IMG/VR virus record: IMGVR_UViG_3300050033_000419
Span: 1 to 57,437 of that record
Reading direction: 5' to 3' (one strand)
Length of the DNA stretch: 57,437 nucleotides
Source: a virus
Lineage: Duplodnaviria > Caudoviricetes
A program made the translations under genes and the position numbers. The notes beneath the pieces are model-generated. The model saw only the letters and a program-made list of their open reading frames with translations, searched no databases and was not told where the DNA came from. The number at the start of each line of letters is the position of its first letter. The first letter of the stretch is position 1. Shown here in pieces: positions 40,650-48,786 of this stretch.

Positions 40650-43561
40650 TAGTAACTCCCCGCGATAGTTACGCCGCCCGTCAAGGTAGCATCACCGCTG
40701 TAAATTACCGAGAGAGTATCCCCGCCAACTAGCGTGGTCGTTGATCCGCCCGTGCTCCAGCTAATCGTCGAACCGCTAGCTGCGATAGTACCCGTGCAGA
40801 CGGTAGTGGAACCTTTCTTGACGGTGAATGTGGTGCTCGCGGTTGCCGTAGCAATATCCACAAAGCTACTGCCAGCACAGTTCGCCGGGATGGTGACTGT
40901 ATAAGGCGTTGCAGTCAACGTCGGCAGGGTATAAAGTAGAACGGTTTGGGAAGTAGTCTGCGGAGTGCCGATAGTGATGCTCGGCGTCCACATCCGGGTG
41001 TCCCAAATGTTGAAGGTGCCTGAATCTATGCTCGCGTTGGTGATGAACGTAGTATCAATTGAGTTCGCTGCAAAATGGTTCTTGTTGCTAGCGGAATCGA
41101 GTGTGATACCGTTGGTCGCATAACCGTAGAGCGTGTTCCCTGTGAAGGTGCTCTTGGTCGTCCCGATCAACCCGATCATCGTAGTCGAAGTATTGTACTG
41201 ATCGTGATAGATCGTGTTGTCTGACACGTTTACGCTTGCACAGTTATTCAACTTCACCGGGTAGGTGCTATTATAGAAGGTAGCATTTGTCACAGACACG
41301 CCCGTGGAAGCGTTGCAATACAAGCCGCCGCCGACGCCCGCTCCACCATTCGACTCAAACAGGTGGCCTAGGATCTTCACACCATTGGAACTTTCCAGGT
41401 CAATTCCGGCAGTAGAGCCTGCGTTTAGGGTTGCAGAGTATCCTCCTACGATTTCCATTGCGGCATCTGCCGAGTTACTAAGTCCATTGATGTAGATGCC
41501 AGACGTGTAGTAGCCATCATTGATTGGGCTGATGAAATGGAGGTCACCATTAGAGATCAGCGAACCACCGCTGGTACTGACATAGATACCGTAATCAAGT
41601 GCTGAGGTCTCAAAGTCGTATGCCCACAGATCATTGATCTTCGGGCCGTGTACATATAGACCTTTCACTGCAATTTGAGCGCCGAAAGTACTCGCCACCG
41701 TAAGGTGCGGCCCAAGTCTATTTGAATCGCTGGCGATCGTGGTGCCGTCATATTCCACGCCCACGCCAACGGTGCCGTTGGTGTTGGTAAAGATCGCTGT
41801 CGAATCATAGAGCCAGAGGTTTGCCGTGCCGTTCAGATAGTAGTTGCTCACACTATCCCAAGACTCCACGTTGTGCATGGAGACCCAGCAAGAATCTGTA
41901 AGGTTGAACCCTTTCCCGGAGGTTGAATAAACCGATCTCCGCAACGAAAAACCGTCGATGTCGTTAAAATAGGTTGCCCCAGCGACACAATTCGGTCCAG
42001 TGCCCACAACCGTGAATATGTCCCCGGTTGCTGCGTTACAGTTAATACTCTGCCCTCGGTAACCGCCCGTTCCGTGAACGTTGATATACGACTTGTTCAC
42101 ATTAAAGCCGCACCCGTAGTAGTTAGGCTTGGTAAGAACTACCGTGCCTTGCGCTAGCGCGTTGACAGCTTTATTGAATGGCACTTGATCCGTATAGGAA
42201 CCAGAGCTACCCGTTGAGCCAAACCATTCAGGATATGCCGTGGCAGTGTTGTTGAGCGTCACTGCCCCTGTACCTGAAAGGGTGAATATTTGAGTGATTG
42301 GTGCTTGCGGTGACGCGTTCATTGTGACGGTTACGCCCGTGGAAACACCCAGCGTTCCGCCAGCCATAAACCAGTACGTCGCGTTCAGCGTCTTGTTCGA
42401 CTTAATCATGCAAGCGCCCGACCCGTTGGGGATCGCGACGTTCGCCGTAGCGGCCTCCGCCGCCGTGAACGCAGCAGTATCATCAGTCGAACCATCACAC
42501 GCGGCTCCGTATGCAAGCAGCGAGTTCGCAAAAGACGAACTTCCTGCCACAAATTGACCGCCTGAATTTGTTCCGACTAACCCTTGAGACGTTGGAACCG
42601 ACGCGCCGTTCACCGAAGTCGCGTTGCCGCCGGCGGCGATCGCTGCCGCCACAAAGGCATCGCTGGCAGCCTTGGCGCTGCTGTCGCCGGGGGCCTGCGT
42701 AGTAACCATAGTGCCGTTCGGAAGCGCAGGCGTGCCGCTGACATTCGATGCTGTGCCAGAAGTATTCACGCTCTGCGCGTAAGTCTCAGCAGTGGACTGT
42801 GCAGTGGCTGCTGCACCTGAAGCATCGGCCCCCACACTGGAAGCCGTAGCCGAAATCACGCCAGCGGTATTCAAGATCGAAGTCCCGTCCGGCTTCACGC
42901 CGCCAAGCACGGATGACGTGGCCGTGGGCAAAGAATAGGCAGAAGGCACCGCAGTATTGCAATTCAGCAGCGTGCCCGATGATACGTAGGTACACAAATC
43001 ACCGTTCGTATAGGTGCCCGCAAGAATAGACAGATTGGCCTGTCGCGCTGCTGCCGCGCCAGAAGTATCGTAGGCCGACGCTGCGGTAAAAGCCGCCGTT
43101 CCAAGTGCTCCGCTCGCTGATGGCTTTTGCCCATGTGTTCCATCGGCTACCATAGGGACTTCTGCCGTCGCTCCCGGATCAGTAGAAGTTGCCACTCCAA
43201 CCGCAGAGCCGTACTTTGTCAGCGATGTTCCCCATGCCGCCCCGGAAGAGACCCCGATACCCGCGCCCGGATAAATCATCGATCCTGCGCTCAGGAATGC
43301 AGCCCACGCCGAGCCGGTGTAATAGCACGTCACCAGCGTAGTGCCGGAGCCCGCGGTGCAATCCGTCGCGGAATTTCCGTTGGAGACGTTCGCGAGCGTT
43401 CCCTTTTGCTGCCCCGTGGGAAGCGTGGCCACGGTGTATGGACCAGCCGACATGGCCGTCTGCGCGGACCCACCAGAGGTCGCTCCTGTGACTACCGTCT
43501 GCCCATAAAGCGCGCACGAAAAAACCGCCAAGAAGGCGGCAAGGAACATGTTCTTTTTCAT
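40649..43561 (-). CDS. Signal-peptide tailspike/pectate-lyase-like beta-helix protein
   Basis: YSLPTATSSVLGGVK; YGAACDGSTDDTAAF; Asn/Gly/Ser-rich beta-helix repeats. Confidence 0.78.
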   Translation of the reverse strand: MKKNMFLAAFLAVFSCALYGQTVVTGATSGGSAQTAMSAGPYTVATLPTGQQKGTLANVSNGNSATDCTAGSGTTLVTCYYTGSAWAAFLSAGSMIYPGAGIGVSSGAAWGTSLTKYGSAVGVATSTDPGATAEVPMVADGTHGQKPSASGALGTAAFTAASAYDTSGAAAARQANLSILAGTYTNGDLCTYVSSGTLLNCNTAVPSAYSLPTATSSVLGGVKPDGTSILNTAGVISATASSVGADASGAAATAQSTAETYAQSVNTSGTASNVSGTPALPNGTMVTTQAPGDSSAKAASDAFVAAAIAAGGNATSVNGASVPTSQGLVGTNSGGQFVAGSSSFANSLLAYGAACDGSTDDTAAFTAAEAATANVAIPNGSGACMIKSNKTLNATYWFMAGGTLGVSTGVTVTMNASPQAPITQIFTLSGTGAVTLNNTATAYPEWFGSTGSSGSYTDQVPFNKAVNALAQGTVVLTKPNYYGCGFNVNKSYINVHGTGGYRGQSINCNAATGDIFTVVGTGPNCVAGATYFNDIDGFSLRRSVYSTSGKGFNLTDSCWVSMHNVESWDSVSNYYLNGTANLWLYDSTAIFTNTNGTVGVGVEYDGTTIASDSNRLGPHLTVASTFGAQIAVKGLYVHGPKINDLWAYDFETSALDYGIYVSTSGGSLISNGDLHFISPINDGYYTSGIYINGLSNSADAAMEIVGGYSATLNAGSTAGIDLESSNGVKILGHLFESNGGAGVGGGLYCNASTGVSVTNATFYNSTYPVKLNNCASVNVSDNTIYHDQYNTSTTMIGLIGTTKSTFTGNTLYGYATNGITLDSASNKNHFAANSIDTTFITNASIDSGTFNIWDTRMWTPSITIGTPQTTSQTVLLYTLPTLTATPYTVTIPANCAGSSFVDIATATASTTFTVKKGSTTVCTGTIAASGSTISWSTGGSTTTLVGGDTLSVIYSGDATLTGGVTIAGSY

Positions 43562-43563
43562 GG

Positions 43564-43938
43564 TTAGCTCACCCCGAAGATTCGGCAGGACGCCGTCGAC
43601 CCGTTCACCGTGTACGAGGAGATATTGCAGCGCACGAAGCGCACACTCTTATAGGCGATGTGGCGCATCTCTCCCGACGTGCTGGTTGAGCTGTCGAGAG
43701 TATAGTAATGCGTTCCATCCACTGAGCCTTCGAGATTTACGTTGATCGCGGTCGGGGTTCCAGTGAAGAACGTCACCCACGTGAAGTTGCGCTCGCCGGT
43801 CCCCCCCACGGAGCGCACCGCGTTCCCTGCTCCCGTCGCGGAGACAGCGTTTAGCGACGTAAAAAGCTGGTCGTCGTCGGCGCCAGCAAATGCCGCCAGC
43901 AAGAAGATTACGGCAAGGACTTTTGTGAATTTTCGCAT
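43564..43938 (-). CDS. Signal-peptide beta-sandwich protein
   Basis: MRKFTKVLAVIFLLAAFAG; VNLEGSVDG..Y...RFVRC. Confidence 0.7.
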   Translation of the reverse strand: MRKFTKVLAVIFLLAAFAGADDDQLFTSLNAVSATGAGNAVRSVGGTGERNFTWVTFFTGTPTAINVNLEGSVDGTHYYTLDSSTSTSGEMRHIAYKSVRFVRCNISSYTVNGSTASCRIFGVS

Positions 43939-43984
43939 TTCTAACCTTTAAGATCGCAGAAAAACTCAGCAGGAATCTCCGAAC

Positions 43985-44016
43985 GAAAAAGGGCCGCCCT
44001 CCGAAAAGAGCGGCCA
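43985..44016 (-). terminator. Terminator-like hairpin
   Basis: GGCCGC...GCGGCC followed by CTTTTT. Confidence 0.55.
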
Positions 44017-44032
44017 CGTTGAGGAGCGAACG

Positions 44033-44428
44033 TTAGGCGACAGTGGCTACTGGAACCGCCGTTACCGAGTCCAACATATCCGCCAAAGCGCCGGTCATGG
44101 TCTGCACCGCGGCGCTCCACTTCGCGGAATCGGCAATCACCTTATCCCCGAAGAATCCCGACTGCTGAATCGCCTGCTCCACCAGCGGCGCAGCAACAGC
44201 CAACTTCGATACGCCGGTTGCAGCACTTCCCTGCACGGCGGTCACAGCGCCGCCCGCGGCGACGAGAATATTGCCGACCTTGGCGATGAATGGCATAAAT
44301 TCCGGGAACCCCGCGGCAGTCACTCCGACGTCGGCGATGATCACAGCTTCGGGCTCGAGCTTGGCGGCTTCCTTGAAAATGACAGCCACTTTGGCCTCTG
44401 CGGCTTTGAGAAACGAAAGAAACGACAT
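44033..44428 (-). CDS. Hypothetical amphipathic protein (lysis module)
   Basis: GGAGG SD; position. Confidence 0.6.
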   Translation of the reverse strand: MSFLSFLKAAEAKVAVIFKEAAKLEPEAVIIADVGVTAAGFPEFMPFIAKVGNILVAAGGAVTAVQGSAATGVSKLAVAAPLVEQAIQQSGFFGDKVIADSAKWSAAVQTMTGALADMLDSVTAVPVATVA

Positions 44429-44457
44429 ACTGCCTCCTATTTCCTGAGTGAATTCGG

Positions 44458-45147
44458 TTAAGGGATGAACAGGAGCTTCTGCCTGATGTGCTCTGCGTCC
44501 ACACCCAGGTCCAGCGTTGCTCCCACGTAGTGAAAAGGTTTTTTCCAGAACGGCGTTGGCGGCGGGAAGAATGTGTTGTGGATCAAGATCTTGCCGTCCG
44601 TCGTTATTGCTGCGAAGTTGCCGCTGATCACAGCCAAATTCACTGAAGTCGTATTCAGATTTGTCAGGGTGCTGTGGATCTGAGGATCGCTCATCAGGCC
44701 CGCCGCGGCATCCATCGCCTTCGAAGACTCCGCTAACGTCTGTTGCGCCTGGTCCGCCGTCAGGGTCAGCGAGTCGGTGAGCACTTTCGTCCGATAGTCC
44801 AGGTTCGCTACCAGCTTGTCCGCATGACCCAAGAGCGCCACTGTCTCGTCCGAGGACTTCTGCACGTTCGCCCGCTCGTTCAGGCTCGTCTTGAGCGCGA
44901 CGTCGATCAGCGTCCGGGCTTGCCGAATCGCCTTGCGTGTCTCCTCGAGTACTGGCGAGATCCCCACGACCTGGGCGCGCACCATCCGCGCCGTCGTCCC
45001 GACCTCGGTCATGGTCAACTGCGCTTGGATCGCGGTCTGGTGAACGTCCTTGGTCGCCTGATTCACAAAGCGCGTCAGGGAGAACACCAGCACGATCGCC
45101 ATCCCGTAAAGGACCAGCTTGAGGATTTCCTTTATCGAGTCACGCAT
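44458..45147 (-). CDS. N-anchored coiled-coil protein, putative spanin-like
   Basis: One N-terminal TM plus long heptads; downstream of endolysin. Confidence 0.5.
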   Translation of the reverse strand: MRDSIKEILKLVLYGMAIVLVFSLTRFVNQATKDVHQTAIQAQLTMTEVGTTARMVRAQVVGISPVLEETRKAIRQARTLIDVALKTSLNERANVQKSSDETVALLGHADKLVANLDYRTKVLTDSLTLTADQAQQTLAESSKAMDAAAGLMSDPQIHSTLTNLNTTSVNLAVISGNFAAITTDGKILIHNTFFPPPTPFWKKPFHYVGATLDLGVDAEHIRQKLLFIP

Positions 45148-45358
45148 CCGGGCCTCCCGGAGGGTTTGGCGGGTTGGGCTTGTTACTTCCGTTAAGGGCG
45201 ATCATCAGCGCCCCGTTCACGCCCGTAAACGCCCCCAGCATGGTGGTGCAGACCTCCGCCGGCATGCGGAAGTGATAAGCGGCAAAGACTGCGATCATCT
45301 GTATGAGCAGCAACGCCATTAGGACGGTGATCGTGCCACCACGGCTATCGAGTTTCAT
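45140..45358 (-). CDS. Putative holin (2 TM)
   Basis: Two TMs; lysis cassette. Confidence 0.55.
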   Translation of the reverse strand: MKLDSRGGTITVLMALLLIQMIAVFAAYHFRMPAEVCTTMLGAFTGVNGALMIALNGSNKPNPPNPPGGPDA

Positions 45359-45630
45359 CAGTTGCCTCCGCTCTCTCGTTCGCCCACCATCACGTACCCG
45401 TCGCACAACTGGACATCCGTGTGATCGGTCTGGCCGTGGGACCGGCGCACGCGCGCTTGCGTCTCCTCGAGGAAGTCGGTCGCCCGGCGCTCGGCAGCTT
45501 CCGCATCATGCAGTTCGAGAATCTCCTGGTCGGTTTCTTCTTCCCGGTGCCGACTATCGGACAACTGGCCAAAGGCCCACACCGCCGCGAGCAGCCACGC
45601 CACCGCCAAGAGGAGCCGGGTGCGCATCAC
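45358..45630 (-). CDS. N-terminal TM protein, lysis accessory
   Basis: MRTRLLLAVAWLLAAVWAF; coupled to endolysin. Confidence 0.5.
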   Translation of the reverse strand: MMRTRLLLAVAWLLAAVWAFGQLSDSRHREEETDQEILELHDAEAAERRATDFLEETQARVRRSHGQTDHTDVQLCDGYVMVGERESGGN

Positions 45631-46109
45631 TGGCCCCCTGCGGCAGCCGGCGGCTCATCGTTGGCCCCGGCACAATGGGCCCGAAAGATAGAGAGCACCT
45701 TGTCGGCGCGTCCGGGATCGGTGCTCCAGGTCGCCGAGACCTGGCGGATAAAGTCTTCGCCTGTGTCGGCGCGAAGGGCCGCTGCGTAATGCGGATATTT
45801 CTTAGCGGCCGCGCGCAGGAGCTGCATGCGCGCAGCAAACGACATTGCCCAGTTAGGGAACTTCGGCCAGTTCGCCGACGTCGGGGTGAGAATGCCATGC
45901 ACCCATTCGTGCGTTGGCAGCGCGAGCGTCGGCAGGCTGTCCGTCCAAGGGCCTACCTTCTGTCCGAACAGGTTATTGGCGAGCTTGCAGAGCTCGGATT
46001 CACCCCAACCGGATTCGAGCGCGGCTTCGCAGGCGGCATAGTGCGGCCAGATGTGTTGGGCCTGGACAGCGGCCGCGACGGCGAGTGGAAGAAACACGTC
46101 AGGGGTCAT
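45627..46109 (-). CDS. Endolysin, GH73 glucosaminidase (FlgJ-like)
   Basis: AALESGWGES...NNLFGQK...WSTDP. Confidence 0.85.
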   Translation of the reverse strand: MTPDVFLPLAVAAAVQAQHIWPHYAACEAALESGWGESELCKLANNLFGQKVGPWTDSLPTLALPTHEWVHGILTPTSANWPKFPNWAMSFAARMQLLRAAAKKYPHYAAALRADTGEDFIRQVSATWSTDPGRADKVLSIFRAHCAGANDEPPAAAGGQ

Positions 46110-46543
46110 CGATGGGTCTCCTTGTAGATCGTGACGCCTAAGGCGATGACGCCGCTGCAGGCGCCGATGGTGGCGGAGACGCCGATCCAGATGCCGACCA
46201 GCTTCTGCCGAAACTCGGAGTTATCTTTTTCTTCCTGGCTCTCATCGCGCGCGGCTTCCGGAAGCCGCATCGACAATCCGTTAATGCGGGCGTGCATCGC
46301 CGAATGAGACTCCTCGTGCCTCTCTTCCGCGTCTTCAAAGCGGCGCATCAGGCCAGGGGAGCCATTGCCGATGACCGCCTGCTTGAGAACCGCAACATCG
46401 CGACTCATATTCGAGATCTCTTTCTGCATGGGATCGGTGATGGCGACCCGAATACGGTTGACGATCTTCTCGCTGATCACTTCGGCGAGGGCATCCATGT
46501 CGCGACGGTCAGGGGCTGGCGCTGCTCCTGCTGTCATCGGCAT
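46106..46543 (-). CDS. Putative holin/antiholin (C-terminal TM)
   Basis: GNGSPGL coiled coil plus TM; directly upstream of endolysin. Confidence 0.5.
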   Translation of the reverse strand: MPMTAGAAPAPDRRDMDALAEVISEKIVNRIRVAITDPMQKEISNMSRDVAVLKQAVIGNGSPGLMRRFEDAEERHEESHSAMHARINGLSMRLPEAARDESQEEKDNSEFRQKLVGIWIGVSATIGACSGVIALGVTIYKETHR

Positions 46544-46652
46544 CCTCCTGGGTAGTAAAGTGGCGTTCCTAAAAAGCGAAAAGCCACTCCGAGGAGCAGC
46601 TCTGGTGAAACTTAAGCTATAAAGCTTGGTTACTTCCGCATTTGCAGAGAAG

Positions 46653-47819
46653 CTAGTAAATCACGCTTCTATGTTTGACCGCGCCGCCGGATAGCCCCGT
46701 GCCCGTGAACGTCCCATAAAACGACGTTGGCGAGCTCTGGTTCAGATAGTCAGCATTAATCCAATCGGCTGACAGCGCGGAGGATGCAACACGAAGTTCG
46801 TCAACTAGAAGGTCACTGAATTGAAGGCCACCCGCATATTCTCCGATTAAGAAATCCGTTGTCGGCGTTGCCTGTGTCGTCGCGGCAGTGGCACTCATAC
46901 TCATGCTCTGAGATGCCCCATTGAGATAACCGGCATAGCTGGTTGCCAAACTGGCGTTGCTGCCGTTGTACTGCAAAGCGAGGTGGTAAAGGGTGCTATT
47001 AGACGGAGAAAACGCAAACTTGGCCGTTGAGTATCCAGATCCATTGCAGATATTCATGGAAAGAATATGCGCAGCATTTTGGTAACACCACGCGGTTCCT
47101 GCCGTAGCTGCAGTATTTTGATTCGCCATGAGTATCTGACAGCCACTAGCTTGGCTCCAGAGGGTCGCACTGGCCCACGTCTCCAGCGTATAGCTTGAGG
47201 ACGCGAATGTTCCTCCAGCGTCCACATAGCCAGATAGTCCTGTCTGGATTCCGCCGTTTACTCCAGCCGCGCCCGCGGTGGTTGAGTGGTTAGTTGGCGT
47301 CGTGCCATAGGTGGAATTTACAACACTTAGGGTTGAGGATGTTCCTCCGTGGAATACGCCAAGATAGCCATTCCACAGGGTCGATCCGCAGTTATTAGCG
47401 CCCGAAGGCCCGCAGCTTTGATCGGTCGCGCCGCTTTTGCCCACGAAGGCGTAGATCGTCTCCGTCGTCGCGGAATGATAGACGGTCGGAACCTGAACCC
47501 ACCACTCTCCCGCTCCCGAAGCCGGCGTGTAGGTGTTGGCAACGAGTTCATAAGGCAGCAGATTCCCGCCGCTAGCAGAATCACACCAAACCACATCGAG
47601 TCCCGTGGAACTTTGAACGTAGCCGCTATTCGCTACAGTCTTTAGTGCTGCATTCCCCGCGAAGTACATCGGGAAATTCGTTTGATTGGAGCCGAGTGCT
47701 GTAACCGGAGGGATCGTGAGCGAATAGACATACGAATACCCCGTCGGGCAGGTTGTTCCGAAAGCGGAACAGGACACGAAAAGAATCGCGACTGCGATAG
47801 CTAGCCTTACTGATCGCAT
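46653..47819 (-). CDS. Signal-peptide DUF2341-like plus LamG protein (paralog of 39237-40649)
   Basis: TCPTGYSY, NFPMYFAGN, LKTVANSGYVQSSTG, GEWWVQVP, DELRV..SADW..YLNQ. Confidence 0.8.
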   Translation of the reverse strand: MRSVRLAIAVAILFVSCSAFGTTCPTGYSYVYSLTIPPVTALGSNQTNFPMYFAGNAALKTVANSGYVQSSTGLDVVWCDSASGGNLLPYELVANTYTPASGAGEWWVQVPTVYHSATTETIYAFVGKSGATDQSCGPSGANNCGSTLWNGYLGVFHGGTSSTLSVVNSTYGTTPTNHSTTAGAAGVNGGIQTGLSGYVDAGGTFASSSYTLETWASATLWSQASGCQILMANQNTAATAGTAWCYQNAAHILSMNICNGSGYSTAKFAFSPSNSTLYHLALQYNGSNASLATSYAGYLNGASQSMSMSATAATTQATPTTDFLIGEYAGGLQFSDLLVDELRVASSALSADWINADYLNQSSPTSFYGTFTGTGLSGGAVKHRSVIY

Positions 47820-48370
47820 TCGAGCACCCCGTTCACATACTTCGCGGTCGCCACGGCCGTGACGCTCATGGCGATGATGTCGTTCGCCGAAACAGCCGTG
47901 CTGGTGAAATCGGTCACAGTGGCCGAGTGGATTGCCGTTCCCGAAGAGATGCCGACGCCGCTGGTGCTGATCGAGTTCGCGCTTGTCGGAATCGCCGTTC
48001 CGGTGGCGACCTTCCAGAATTTCACGGTGATTGTTCCTGCGTCGACCACCAGGTTGTAGGCCGAGATCGTGCACCCGAAGGGTACAGTCACATAGTCGGT
48101 GGTGGTTGAGGCCGCGGAAAGAGCTGAACCGCCCGGATCTCCAATGGTGAAGCTAATGGCGCGGGTCTTGCCGGCAGTGAGAGTCCCCCAGGTGTTGCTC
48201 GCCACGCACGGATAGAGCCCTACCCCGGTACCGGTCTTGAAGAACACATCGCCGGTCGAGGGGTTACACGCGCCGGGCAGCGAAGCACCGGAACGGATAT
48301 GCGAGACGGTTCCTTGCGTGAAGGCAAAAGGCGCTGCAAGAAGCAGGGCGAGCAGAAGTAGCCGCTTCAT
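47807..48370 (-). CDS. Signal-peptide tail-fibre-like protein
   Basis: MKRLLLLALLLAAPFA; LPGAC..GDVFFKT..LYPC...NTW. Confidence 0.7.
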   Translation of the reverse strand: MKRLLLLALLLAAPFAFTQGTVSHIRSGASLPGACNPSTGDVFFKTGTGVGLYPCVASNTWGTLTAGKTRAISFTIGDPGGSALSAASTTTDYVTVPFGCTISAYNLVVDAGTITVKFWKVATGTAIPTSANSISTSGVGISSGTAIHSATVTDFTSTAVSANDIIAMSVTAVATAKYVNGVLECDQ

Positions 48371-48783
48371 TAGTTGCCTCCGATGATGTCCCAAACTCCC
48401 GCAGCTGCATCGAGGAGCCGGACATACTGATATTGATTGACGAGCGTGTAATTCGGCCCACCGTCGATAGAATCTGCGGGAGAGCCTGCGCCCGCGACGA
48501 CGACTGTGCCTGCACCAGAATCTACTTTCTTCGAAAGGAAAATAGCCCACGACCCAGTGGCTGCCGGGAGGGTTCGGGTGATGGTCGATGAGCTGGTGGT
48601 CACGCGCTCGATCGTCTCGATCGCCGCCGCGACCATCGTGCCGTTGGCACTGACCGCTGCGACCGATACGTCCTGGTCGAAATACGCGGAGATGTCTTCC
48701 GGACTCAGAGCGTCCTTCTGCCACTTCACGTTTTTCCGCAGCGCCGGAGCTGACGGCGTTGTGTCGTTCAGATTGATTGCCAT
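48370..48783 (-). CDS. Minor tail / fibre adaptor protein
   Basis: TRTLPAA...KKVDS...SIDG..YTL..QYQYVRL..W. Confidence 0.65.
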   Translation of the reverse strand: MAINLNDTTPSAPALRKNVKWQKDALSPEDISAYFDQDVSVAAVSANGTMVAAAIETIERVTTSSSTITRTLPAATGSWAIFLSKKVDSGAGTVVVAGAGSPADSIDGGPNYTLVNQYQYVRLLDAAAGVWDIIGGN

Positions 48784-48786
48784 GTT

